Assembly (NCBI GenBank): GCA_964509075.1
Contig: CAZDWC010000004.1
Coordinates: 30,940-94,939, forward strand
DNA length: 64,000 nucleotides
Source: an uncultured Pseudomonadales bacterium
Lineage (GTDB): Bacteria; Pseudomonadota; Gammaproteobacteria; Pseudomonadales; UBA7239
Direction: 5' to 3'
The notes below the pieces were generated by a model that saw only the letters and a program-made list of their open reading frames with translations, was not told where the DNA came from and searched no databases. Made by a program: the position numbers and the translations under genes. This document shows, in pieces, positions 37,833-46,817 of this stretch. Position 1 is the stretch's first letter. Each line of letters opens with the position of its first letter.

Positions 37833-38906
37833 TCAACTGACCTTGCCGGCAAGGAAGGTCAGGCGCGCCTCGGCTTCGGCCACGATGCGGTTGATAAGTT
37901 CTGCACAAGTCGGCAGATCATCAATCGTGCCGGCCACCTGACCGGAGGGCAGCACGCCCTCGGCGTGGCGGCCTTCCACCATGGCTTTCTGGATGATCAT
38001 CGGCGCATTCGCCGAGAACATCGCCTGCGACAGCGTCATGTCGTCTTCCTTCGCCATGGCAATCGCCGACTGGAACAATGACAGGAAGCTGGCGCCGGTC
38101 AGCGCGCGATACTTCAGCCCGTTCTGCGCGGCCAGCAGCAATTTGCGGACAGGCGTGGCTTTTTCAATGCCGGCGAGGAATTCATTGAGGATCATGCGCT
38201 GCGGCATGCCGTCGAGCGCGGTGGAGACAATAATCTCTGCCGGATTCTTGCAGGCCAGGTAGCGCTGCTTGGTGGCTTCCGGCACCGGGCTCTCCTGGGT
38301 GAGCAAGAAGCGCGTGCCCATGGCGATGCCATCAGCACCCCAGGCCATGGCTGCCACCAGACCGCGGCCGTCCTTGAAACCGCCCGCCGCCAACACCGGC
38401 ACCTTGCCGGCGACGGCATCAATAACTTGTGGCACCAGTAGAGTCGTGGGCACGGCGCCAGTGTGGCCGCCGCCTTCGCCGCCCTGGATGGTCACCGCAT
38501 CCGCACCCATCTCGATGGCTTTCGCCGCGTGCTTGGGCAGGCCGATGGTGGGCATGCAGATCACCCCCGCGTCTTTCAGCTTTTTTACCATCTCCTTGCC
38601 GGGCGAACGCGAGTAGGACACTGCGCGCACGCCGTACTTCACCACCATATCGACGATTTGCGGCGCATTCGGCTGGTACATGTGGAAGTTCACGCCAAAG
38701 GGCTTGCTGGTCAGCTCTTTGGTCTTGAGGATCGCCGCTTCCATCTGCTCGGGCGGAATGGTCGCGCCGGCCAGGAAACCGAAGCCGCCGGCATTGCAGG
38801 TGCCGGCGACCAGACGCGGATCGGCTACCCAGCCCATGGCCGTCTGGATAATCGGGTACTGGCAGCCGAGCAGGTCAGTGATGCGGGTGTTGAGCGAAAC
38901 GGTCAT
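37833..38906 (-). CDS. Nitronate monooxygenase (NMO, 2-nitropropane dioxygenase family)
   Basis: YPIIQTAMGWVA and GADAVTIQGGEGGGHTG. Start chosen at MTVSLNT. Confidence 0.85.
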   Translation of the reverse strand: MTVSLNTRITDLLGCQYPIIQTAMGWVADPRLVAGTCNAGGFGFLAGATIPPEQMEAAILKTKELTSKPFGVNFHMYQPNAPQIVDMVVKYGVRAVSYSRSPGKEMVKKLKDAGVICMPTIGLPKHAAKAIEMGADAVTIQGGEGGGHTGAVPTTLLVPQVIDAVAGKVPVLAAGGFKDGRGLVAAMAWGADGIAMGTRFLLTQESPVPEATKQRYLACKNPAEIIVSTALDGMPQRMILNEFLAGIEKATPVRKLLLAAQNGLKYRALTGASFLSLFQSAIAMAKEDDMTLSQAMFSANAPMIIQKAMVEGRHAEGVLPSGQVAGTIDDLPTCAELINRIVAEAEARLTFLAGKVS

Positions 38907-39028
38907 GGCGCGGGCTTCCGGCAGATATATAAAGAGGGGCGGCATGCTAAGAGCCGCAAGCAAAGCCTGTCAATGCACGCGCCAGCCTTGCGCAGCTTGC
39001 CCATCACAGAGTTTGCGATCCGTACCCG

Positions 39029-40705
39029 ATGGCGGAGAATGGCATATTGATCGAGATGTCACTGTCCATGATTACCGTTAACGCCTTTCGCCGTCTTTAC
39101 GCTTTGCTGCCAGCTGTGCTGTTACTGCTCCTGCTGGCAGCAGCACTCCATGCATTGTCCAGCCGCGAATTTCACCGGCAGATGACGCAGCATGCCCTGA
39201 CAGAGTTACAGCAGATTGTGAGCAACACCCGTTGGCGCTGGCTGGCAGGCAATGACACGCCTCACGGCGCCATGCATGACTTGCAAGACTTGCAGTATGA
39301 CGCTGACGAACTTGCATTTACTACGGGCACAGGCCCGTATTTCGCACTCAACCTGCATCGCGGCAATATCGCCGCGCGCTACAGTGAACTGTTGATGGAA
39401 CTCGACAGCAGTGAAGCAACGCGGATGCAGCTGTATTTTTATGCGTCGGATTCGCTGACGGAAATATACGGATCTGAAAAAGTGCCTGTGGCTGCCGGCA
39501 GGCAAACGCTGCGGTTGTCGCTGGATCAATTGCGCTGGCGTGCAATCCCGAGCGGTGCGCCGGCTCAGTGGGGCGGTGTCACCCGCGCGGTCAGTTTGTT
39601 GCGTGTGGATCCGGCAGATCGCGCAGGTATTCACATGCGCATACAACGCATCGAACTGTCTGCACGCGCGCCGCTGCAACAGCATGGCAAAGCCATCACA
39701 CTGGAAAACCTGTCGCAGGCGCAAGTTGCCGAGACGGGCGGCGTTCCATGGCCGAACCATCTGCAGCAACTGGTTGCCGGCAATACTGCCGGCGAGTTGT
39801 TGCTGGTCAATGAAAACAGTTGGTTATGGCAACAAACAGCGCGCGCACGCTATGCAGAAATCAAACGCGTGGCGCCCGATGCCATTGTATTTCCCGGCAA
39901 TGCATCGTTGTTGCGCAATGTAAATTGGCAAGACTTCAGCGCAAAGACTGGCGGAGATGCGTTGTCCGGTTTGCGCAACCCGGTTTACGCCTTGTCACTG
40001 GGTGTATCGGTTTTTCTTCTGATATTGATGAAGTTGATGCATAAACGGCGTCCGCTTCGTGGCAGCATCGTGATAACGGAATTGACCGGCGTGCTGCTGT
40101 TGCTGGCGTGCATGTGGTGGATTGCCTGTTATGACCAGTTGTGGATGTTGTTGCTCGCGCTGCCCGCCTTTGCCATCACCTGCGTGCATTTGCTGCGCCA
40201 GCAAGATGGCGACACACGCGAAATTCTCGGCTTGCATCTTCCGTCTGTACAGATGTGGCGCGAGACTTTTCTGATGTCCGTCATCATTGTCTGTCTGTGG
40301 AGCGCCTCTTTCCTGTTTGGCGCCAAGACATCGCCGATCTCCTGGCAAGCATTGTGGGGAGGATTTCTGCTCTACCCGTTTTGGGGTCTGGTTCAACAGT
40401 TTTTCATGGGGCCTATGCTTGCAGCGACGCTTGCACGCCTGATGCATGAGCAGCAGCGCCACTACCCGCTATGTGCCATTCTCACCGCCTGTGTTTTTGC
40501 CCTGCTGCATTATCCCAACCAGCAATTGATGTTGATGACATTGTTTACCGGCAGTATCTGGAGCTGGCTGTATTTGCGTCACCGCTCCATTATTCCATTG
40601 GCCATTTCGCACGGCATTCTGGGCACCTTGTATTTCCAGTTGTCTCCGGATTTCCTGCGGCCTGATGGCAATGTCGGCCCGCAGTATTTTGACTGGCTGT
40701 ATTGA
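39029..40705 (+). CDS. Large membrane protein: unknown ~300-aa periplasmic N-domain fused to a C-terminal CPBP (CAAX/Abi-type) intramembrane protease domain
   Basis: The C-terminus has the CPBP-like motifs FALLHYPN and LAISHGILG within 6-7 TM helices. The N-terminal domain follows one TM and I recognise no family for it. Start is uncertain (39029, 39056 or 39068). Confidence 0.62.
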   Translation: MAENGILIEMSLSMITVNAFRRLYALLPAVLLLLLLAAALHALSSREFHRQMTQHALTELQQIVSNTRWRWLAGNDTPHGAMHDLQDLQYDADELAFTTGTGPYFALNLHRGNIAARYSELLMELDSSEATRMQLYFYASDSLTEIYGSEKVPVAAGRQTLRLSLDQLRWRAIPSGAPAQWGGVTRAVSLLRVDPADRAGIHMRIQRIELSARAPLQQHGKAITLENLSQAQVAETGGVPWPNHLQQLVAGNTAGELLLVNENSWLWQQTARARYAEIKRVAPDAIVFPGNASLLRNVNWQDFSAKTGGDALSGLRNPVYALSLGVSVFLLILMKLMHKRRPLRGSIVITELTGVLLLLACMWWIACYDQLWMLLLALPAFAITCVHLLRQQDGDTREILGLHLPSVQMWRETFLMSVIIVCLWSASFLFGAKTSPISWQALWGGFLLYPFWGLVQQFFMGPMLAATLARLMHEQQRHYPLCAILTACVFALLHYPNQQLMLMTLFTGSIWSWLYLRHRSIIPLAISHGILGTLYFQLSPDFLRPDGNVGPQYFDWLY

Positions 40706-40709
40706 TCCC

Positions 40710-42080
40710 ATGTCCTATACCGGCAGCATCCATCTGTTCCACCGCGATCTGCGCCTGCACGATAATCGCGCCCTGCACGCGGCACTGAAACAGTCACAAC
40801 GTGTATTGCCTTGTTTTATTCTCGACAAGACACTTCTCAAACAATTGCGCGGCGATTTGCCGCGCGTGCAATACATGCTGTGCGCCTTGCGCGATCTGGA
40901 TGCCGACTTGCGAAAACACGGTTCACGTTTGCACGTGCTCTTTGATGAACCGGCAAAGGCATTAACCGCGCTGCAAAAATCATGTGGGGCACAAGCGGTC
41001 TTTTTTCATCGCGATGCGGGGCCTTATGCCATCAAGCGCGATGCGCGCCTGCAGGCGCAAGCTGCCAAGCTCGGCATGGCATGTCACGTAATCGACGACA
41101 TCAGCTTGCACGCGCCGGAACAGACCTGCAAGGCCGATGGTTCGCCCTACACGGTTTTCACGCCGTTCTTTCGCCGCGCGTTTTTATTGCCGGTAGCAAA
41201 GCCGGTAAAACCGGATGCGAAAAAACTTTTTACACTCGGCGACGAACACGGCGATTTCGACAGTGCCCTGCACGCAGCCCGTTTGCGCATTACTTCTGAA
41301 ACTTCGCCGGCAGCACAGGCGAAATCTGCACTGCGCCAGCTTGGCGTGCTACACGATTACACCGGCACACGCGATCTGCCTGCCGTGCCGGGCACAAGCC
41401 GATTGTCGTCGGCGCTGCGTTTCGGTCTCCTCTCGGTGCGAGAAGTCTGGTGGGCTATTGCGCAGACGCTGGGGCCGGAGCATGCCTTGCTGCGCCAGTT
41501 GTACTGGCGCGATTTTTTCTTCTCGATCGGCCTGTATTTTCCGCGCGTATTTCGCGGCTGCTTCCATTCGCAATACGATGCCATACACTGGCCCAATCGT
41601 GCCGAGTGGCTGGCGGCATGGCGCGAGGGCTGCACCGGCTTTCCCATCGTCGATGCCGGCATGCGCGAACTGCGCCACAGCGGTTACATGCACAACCGTG
41701 TGCGCATGATCGTCGCTTCGTTTCTGGTAAAAGACCTGCACTGCAACTGGCAGCTGGGCGAACGGCATTTTGCCGGACAACTGATCGATTACGACCCCTG
41801 CATCAACAACGGCAACTGGCAGTGGGCCGCATCCACAGGTTGCGATGCGCAACCGTACTTCCGCATTTTCAATCCGTGGACACAGCAGCAAAAATTTGAT
41901 GCCGATGCCCTGTACGTCAAACACTGGCTGCCCTCGCTGCAAGCACTGCCACCGAAAACCCTGCACAACCTGTTCAAGCTGGATGAAGCACTGCCGGGTT
42001 ATGTGCGGCCGCTTGTCGATCACGCCTTGCAGGCGCCGCAGGCAAAAGCGTGGTTTGCCGCAGCTCCTCGTTTTGTCTGA
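40710..42080 (+). CDS. phrB: Deoxyribodipyrimidine photolyase
   Basis: HLFHRDLRLHDNRAL N-terminus and FAD-binding block GFPIVDAGMRELRHSGYMHNRVRMIVASFLVKDL. It starts 4 nt after the preceding stop. Confidence 0.92.
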   Translation: MSYTGSIHLFHRDLRLHDNRALHAALKQSQRVLPCFILDKTLLKQLRGDLPRVQYMLCALRDLDADLRKHGSRLHVLFDEPAKALTALQKSCGAQAVFFHRDAGPYAIKRDARLQAQAAKLGMACHVIDDISLHAPEQTCKADGSPYTVFTPFFRRAFLLPVAKPVKPDAKKLFTLGDEHGDFDSALHAARLRITSETSPAAQAKSALRQLGVLHDYTGTRDLPAVPGTSRLSSALRFGLLSVREVWWAIAQTLGPEHALLRQLYWRDFFFSIGLYFPRVFRGCFHSQYDAIHWPNRAEWLAAWREGCTGFPIVDAGMRELRHSGYMHNRVRMIVASFLVKDLHCNWQLGERHFAGQLIDYDPCINNGNWQWAASTGCDAQPYFRIFNPWTQQQKFDADALYVKHWLPSLQALPPKTLHNLFKLDEALPGYVRPLVDHALQAPQAKAWFAAAPRFV

Positions 42081-42140
42081 ACGGTGAGTCACGCTGCGAA
42101 TGCTAGAATCGCCGCCTCAGTCACACACGCCTAACGGATC

Positions 42141-43388
42141 ATGAAGCTCAATCTGTCACAGAAATTGCGCATCGGCGGCCACATGCTGCGCTGCCTGCTC
42201 ACGCGCCCGCTGTTCAAGGACTACAATCCGCGCAGCCCGGTGTTTTTCAACAATCCCTATCCTGTCTATCGCCGCATGCGCGACGAGAAACCGATTTTCT
42301 GGTCGCCACACACACTGGGCTGGCATGTGTCCGGCAACTACGAATCAATGGTGCAGCTGCTGAAAGACGACAGATTCACGCACTCGTTCCGCGCCTGGCG
42401 TTTCGCGCCACAGAGCAAACCGCACAGCGAACTCGACGGCCTGCTTGACAGCCTGCTGATGGCGTTGCCGGCGAAGGAACACATGCGCGTACGCAAACTG
42501 GTATCACCGGCGTTTTCGCCGCGCTATGTCTTCGAAGCGCAACCGGCCATCGAGCAGCTGGTACAAACGCAACTCGACAAACTCGATCGCGGCGGCGAAC
42601 TGGATCTGGTGAAACTGTGCCGTGAAATCCCGATCAACGCCATGGCGGTCTACTTCCGCATCCCGGATGCGATGCGCGACGATTTCGGCGCGCTGGGTCA
42701 CGCGATCATTGCGTCATTCAATACCAATGTCGACATGGACATCGCCGCTGCCGAACGCGGCATTCACCAGTTGCGCGAGCTGTTCGCCGAGAAACGCAAG
42801 CATCCCGACGATTCGTTCATGTCGACACTGGTCAACCACATGGAAGACGGCGAACGCATTACCGAGAACGAAGCGCTCGGGCTGATGGGCGCGCTGCTCG
42901 CTGCCGGCGTGGATACCACTTTCGATTACATGCTCAATATTTTTTACGGTTTGACCATGAATCCACAGTGGGGACGCTGGCTGCTCGACAACGAAGACAA
43001 GGTGCAGCAACTGATCGACGAGACGTTTCGCTGGAACAATTTCGGCAATCGCGGTTTCTACCGTTTTGCCACGGAAGATTTCGAATTGCTGGGCCAGAAA
43101 ATCGAAAAAGGCGACATCGTGCAGATCATGATGGCCATGGGCAATTACGATCCGTCGGTATTTCCCGAGCCGGAAACGTTCAACCCCCTGCGTGACAATC
43201 TCGAGAAAGCACTCACATTCGGACTCGGTGCACATTATTGCCTCGGTCACGCGATTGCCAAGCTGATCGCGCAAGTCACCACTCTCGCCGTGGTGCGCCG
43301 TTATCCCGACATGAAACTGATGCGCGGGCCGGAGCGTGAATACAACCTGCTGACGCGTCGCTTGTGTACGCTGGTGCTGAGGAAGTAA
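42141..43388 (+). CDS. Cytochrome P450
   Basis: Heme-thiolate loop FGLGAHYCLGHAIA, I-helix AGVDTT, ETFRW (ExxR). Confidence 0.9.
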   Translation: MKLNLSQKLRIGGHMLRCLLTRPLFKDYNPRSPVFFNNPYPVYRRMRDEKPIFWSPHTLGWHVSGNYESMVQLLKDDRFTHSFRAWRFAPQSKPHSELDGLLDSLLMALPAKEHMRVRKLVSPAFSPRYVFEAQPAIEQLVQTQLDKLDRGGELDLVKLCREIPINAMAVYFRIPDAMRDDFGALGHAIIASFNTNVDMDIAAAERGIHQLRELFAEKRKHPDDSFMSTLVNHMEDGERITENEALGLMGALLAAGVDTTFDYMLNIFYGLTMNPQWGRWLLDNEDKVQQLIDETFRWNNFGNRGFYRFATEDFELLGQKIEKGDIVQIMMAMGNYDPSVFPEPETFNPLRDNLEKALTFGLGAHYCLGHAIAKLIAQVTTLAVVRRYPDMKLMRGPEREYNLLTRRLCTLVLRK

Positions 43389-43406
43389 ACCTCCTCGCCC
43401 AAACCA

Positions 43407-43529
43407 CCCCGCCCCAGACCACCCCACCCCTGCGGGGTACCCCTCCTTGAAAAGGAGGGGAGTTGGAGATGTGGCACGGCCAAACTCTCCCCCTGCCAAG
43501 GGGGAGTGGCGCGTAGCGCCGAGGGGGTT
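43407..43529. repeat. Left copy of ~122-bp direct repeat flanking the DUF559 gene (string of GC-rich mini-hairpins)
   Basis: Contains CCCC-TGC-GGGG, CCCCTCCTT-GAAA-AGGAGGGG, CTCCCCCT-GCCA-AGGGGGAG and GGCGC-GTA-GCGCC. It aligns end to end with 43935-44056. Confidence 0.8.
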
Positions 43530-43564
43530 ACAATCCCAACCTCGACACCCAGGGATGGCGTGCC

Positions 43565-43978
43565 ATGCAAAAAATCAACAACATTCCCGCTTTGCGTTTC
43601 TTTCGAAAATCGCTGCGCAACGGTCTCACGCCGGCAGAGGCCAAATTGTGGCTGCACCTGAAACAGTCGCAACTGCAAGGGCGAAAATTCAGACGGCAAC
43701 ACAGTGTTGGACCCTATATTCTCGATTTTTATTGTCCTGCCGAACGTCTGGCTGTTGAGCTGGATGGCGCCGCGCATGATTCCATTGACGCAAGGGAATA
43801 TGACCGTGAACGGGATTTGTTTATTGCGTGCTTCGAAATAAAAGTTTTGCGCTTTGAAAACCAGTGGGTGTTTCTGGAGACGGAGGCAGTGTTGATGGAA
43901 ATTCAGCGACATTTTGGTTGGCTGGCAGAAACAACCCCGCCCCAAACCACCCCGCCCCTGCGGGGCACCCCTCCTTGA
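43565..43978 (+). CDS. DUF559 (Vsr-like endonuclease fold) domain protein
   Basis: 137 aa. LTPAEAKLWLHLKQSQLQGRKFRRQHSVGPYILDFYCPAERLAVELDGAAHD is the typical DUF559 core. The last ~14 codons are encoded by the right repeat copy. Confidence 0.85.
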   Translation: MQKINNIPALRFFRKSLRNGLTPAEAKLWLHLKQSQLQGRKFRRQHSVGPYILDFYCPAERLAVELDGAAHDSIDAREYDRERDLFIACFEIKVLRFENQWVFLETEAVLMEIQRHFGWLAETTPPQTTPPLRGTPP

Positions 43979-44056
43979 AAAGGAGGGGAGTGAGATGCGC
44001 GGCACAAACAAACTCTCCCCTGCCAAGGGGGAGTGGCGCGTAGCGCCGAGGGGGTT
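43935..44056. repeat. Right copy of ~122-bp direct repeat flanking the DUF559 gene
   Basis: It carries the same four hairpins in the same order as 43407-43529. By eye, differences are three point substitutions, one ~15-nt variable patch and one 1-nt indel. Confidence 0.8.
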
Positions 44057-44134
44057 GGTTCTTGAGAAGTCCCACGCAACCGGGTGGAGTTGTGCTTGCG
44101 TTAGAATACCGTCGTTAATCTTTATGGAGTTGCC

Positions 44135-45343
44135 ATGAGCCGTACCCGTTTTCTCGCTTCCATCGCCGCGCATGTGCCGTGGACTGCTGCGCAGTTGCTG
44201 GCAGAATCGACCTTGATGCGCACAGTAGCCAAACGTCCGGCTCGGGCAGGCGAGCGCCCGTGGGGTCATCGTCACGAACGCATCAGCGCCGAATGGCTCA
44301 CCGATGTTTTGCGCAAACAGCAGGCACTGAACAACGATCAACACGTCACGCGTTTTTCGTTGCAGCGTTTCGGTGAAATCGGCCAGATGTCGGCGGTTTA
44401 TCGTCTGGCACTGGATTACAGCGATGCTGTTGCAGCCCCGCGCACATTGGTGCTGAAAACGACCACCACCGAAATGAAAAACCGCATCTTCAACAGCTGC
44501 TTCGGTGTGTTTGAACGCGAAATTTGTACGTATCAATTACCACATCCCGAGCGCGGTTTGTTGCGGCCGAAATGCTGGTACGCCGGCCAGCAGCCGCTGA
44601 CGCGCGCCGGCTTTCTGATTTTTGATGATCTCGCCGAGTGGCGCGGTGTACCGGCCTACACCAAGCTCGGCATGGACGATGCGCTGCGTGTTGCAGTGGC
44701 GCTCGCCGAACACCACGCGCAATGGTGGGAAACGCCGGCGCTGCTTCAATCCGGTTTCCGCACCACGCTGGAAACCGTGCAGACTACCATGGGGCCGATG
44801 TGCAGCATGGCCTGGGGCAAGGCGCGCAAGGTGATGGCGGAGCTGGTCGACGCCGACATCGTCACGTTGCTCGGACGTTATGTCGCAAACCAGCAGGCGG
44901 TATGCCACCACATCATGGCGGGCCCGCGCACGCTGGTTCATGGCGATCTCAACACCAACAATATGTTTTTCGATGATGCCCAGCAGCGCGTCTGTGCCAT
45001 CGACTGGCAATCCACCCACATCGGCAGCTGGGCGGAAGATCTCGCCTACCTCGCGCTGATGTGTCTCGCCCCCGAAGACGCCGCCGCACACGAGCAGGCA
45101 TTGATCGACCTGCATCGCAACACCCTCGCCGCCAACGGCATACGCGTGGATGCCGATGCCCACCAGCGTGCCTATCCGCTGGGTGTGCTGCAGGTGGGCG
45201 CCATGCTGATTGTGGCAGCCATGGTGATAGACAAGGACAAGGATCCTACCTTGTACGAGCAGTACCGCAGCACCATCAGCGGCTGGGCGGAGGCTGCACG
45301 CCGCCATCGCCTCGACAGCGTGCTGGCCGGGCTGGGCGCATGA
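44135..45343 (+). CDS. Phosphotransferase-family kinase (APH / choline-kinase / EcKL-like fold)
   Basis: 402 aa. Catalytic loop HGDLNTNNMFF and metal-binding CAIDWQS. Confidence 0.72.
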   Translation: MSRTRFLASIAAHVPWTAAQLLAESTLMRTVAKRPARAGERPWGHRHERISAEWLTDVLRKQQALNNDQHVTRFSLQRFGEIGQMSAVYRLALDYSDAVAAPRTLVLKTTTTEMKNRIFNSCFGVFEREICTYQLPHPERGLLRPKCWYAGQQPLTRAGFLIFDDLAEWRGVPAYTKLGMDDALRVAVALAEHHAQWWETPALLQSGFRTTLETVQTTMGPMCSMAWGKARKVMAELVDADIVTLLGRYVANQQAVCHHIMAGPRTLVHGDLNTNNMFFDDAQQRVCAIDWQSTHIGSWAEDLAYLALMCLAPEDAAAHEQALIDLHRNTLAANGIRVDADAHQRAYPLGVLQVGAMLIVAAMVIDKDKDPTLYEQYRSTISGWAEAARRHRLDSVLAGLGA

Positions 45344-46743
45344 GCGAACCCGCGCACAATCCCCATCGCGGTCTGGTGATAGCGGTGATGGTGGCGGTAT
45401 TTCTCGCCGCCGTGGACCAGACCATCGTCTCCACCGCATTGCCGCGCATAGCCAACGATCTGGGCAACACCGCGCTCTACGCCTGGGTGTTCACGGCCTA
45501 CATGGTGGCCACCACGGTGTTTGTGCCCATCTCAGGCACCATCGGCGACACCCATGGCCGCCGGCCGGTGCTGCTGTTCGGCGTCGTGGTCTTTGCCATC
45601 GGCTCGCTGTGCGCGGGCAGCGCGGCGTCCATGCCGCAGCTCATCGGCTTTCGCGCCCTGCAGGGCATCGGTGCCGGCGTGCTCACCGCCAATGCTTTCG
45701 CCCTGCTAGGGGATGTCTACTCGGCAGCCGAGATGGCGCGCGCCAGCGGCATCATGTCGGCGGTTTACGGGCTGGCCGGCGCCGTGGGGCCGGTGCTGGG
45801 CGGTGTGCTCACCGATCAATTCGGCTGGCGCTGGATTTTCTGGCTCAACGTACCGGCCTGTCTGGCGATTGCCGTCATTCTGTTTGTACGCCTGCCGCAC
45901 AAGCCGGCGGCCAGCCGCGATCCGGTCGATATCCCCGGCGCGGTATTGCTCAGCGCGGCCCTGCTGCCGGCGCTTGCCGCGCTGAGCTGGGCGGGCGAAG
46001 GCGTGGCGTTTGGCGACACGCGCATGCTGGCCGCCCTGTTGGCCGCACTGGTCTTTGGCGTGTTGTTCGTGCGCGTGGAGCGCCGCGCCGTGCGGCCCAT
46101 CATCGCCCTGCACCTGTTCCGACACGCTACCTTCACGCTGGCGCTGCTGGCCATGTTCGGCGTGGCACTGGCCATGTACGCAGCGCTCTCCTATGCGCCG
46201 CTGCTGTTCCAGAGCCGCATGGGCATGAGCGCATCGCAATCCGGCCTGGTCACCGCGCCGCTGGTGCTCACGCTGTCGGTCACGGCGGCGGTGGCGGGCA
46301 GGCTGGTCGCGCGCGGTATGAGTGTGCGCTGGGTTTCAGCGTTGGGGGTGGCGATTGCTGCTGCGGCACTCGGCTGGTTATCGTCACTGGCACCCGATGC
46401 TGGCAAGGGCACGGCCGCTGCCGGCATGGCGCTGTTCGGCGCCGGCCTCGGTTTCACCATGCCCACCTTGCTGCTGGCGGCACAGGGCGCCGTGCCGCAC
46501 GGCCATATCGGCGTGACGGCCGCTCTGGCCAAGTTTTTCCGCGCTGTGGGTGGCCTGGTAGGCGTAGTGGCCGCCGGTGCGGCGATTCGTCACTTTCAAA
46601 CAATCAATACGCAGGCGATCAGCACCCAGCCGGGCGATGCACTTTCTTCAACCATCGGCTGCGCTGCGGTGGCGATGCTGGCCACATTGTTGTTGATTCT
46701 GGTGCTGCCGAAACCCGCGAGTGAAACACCCAGCTCGCGCTGA
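45340..46743 (+). CDS. MFS transporter, DHA2 (14-TMS, EmrB/QacA-like) type
   Basis: DQTIVSTALPRIANDLG opening and motif A GTIGDTHGRRPVLLFG. The ATG overlaps the kinase stop (ATGA). The track ORF start at 45061 lies inside the kinase gene. Confidence 0.9.
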   Translation: MSEPAHNPHRGLVIAVMVAVFLAAVDQTIVSTALPRIANDLGNTALYAWVFTAYMVATTVFVPISGTIGDTHGRRPVLLFGVVVFAIGSLCAGSAASMPQLIGFRALQGIGAGVLTANAFALLGDVYSAAEMARASGIMSAVYGLAGAVGPVLGGVLTDQFGWRWIFWLNVPACLAIAVILFVRLPHKPAASRDPVDIPGAVLLSAALLPALAALSWAGEGVAFGDTRMLAALLAALVFGVLFVRVERRAVRPIIALHLFRHATFTLALLAMFGVALAMYAALSYAPLLFQSRMGMSASQSGLVTAPLVLTLSVTAAVAGRLVARGMSVRWVSALGVAIAAAALGWLSSLAPDAGKGTAAAGMALFGAGLGFTMPTLLLAAQGAVPHGHIGVTAALAKFFRAVGGLVGVVAAGAAIRHFQTINTQAISTQPGDALSSTIGCAAVAMLATLLLILVLPKPASETPSSR

Positions 46744-46762
46744 CATGCACATCCTGCGCAAC

Positions 46763-46793
46763 AAAAAAGGCCGCTCGGTGAGCGGCCTTTTTT
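46763..46793. terminator. Bidirectional intrinsic terminator
   Basis: AAAAAA-GGCCGCTC-GGT-GAGCGGCC-TTTTTT between convergent genes. Confidence 0.85.
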
Positions 46794-46817
46794 AATTTCA
46801 AACAGCAGCAATCACGT

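Noticed and set aside
43472-43486. Second TGGCAC motif as a possible sigma54 promoter
   Set aside because: The required TTGC at the -12 position is absent (TGGCACGGCCAAACT), and the motif lies within the repeat element.
43301-44536. 411-aa minus-strand ORF spanning the DUF559 region
   Set aside because: It runs antisense through the P450 end, both 122-bp repeats, the DUF559 gene and the kinase start. Its Pro/Gly/Arg-rich stretches are translations of the hairpin repeats.
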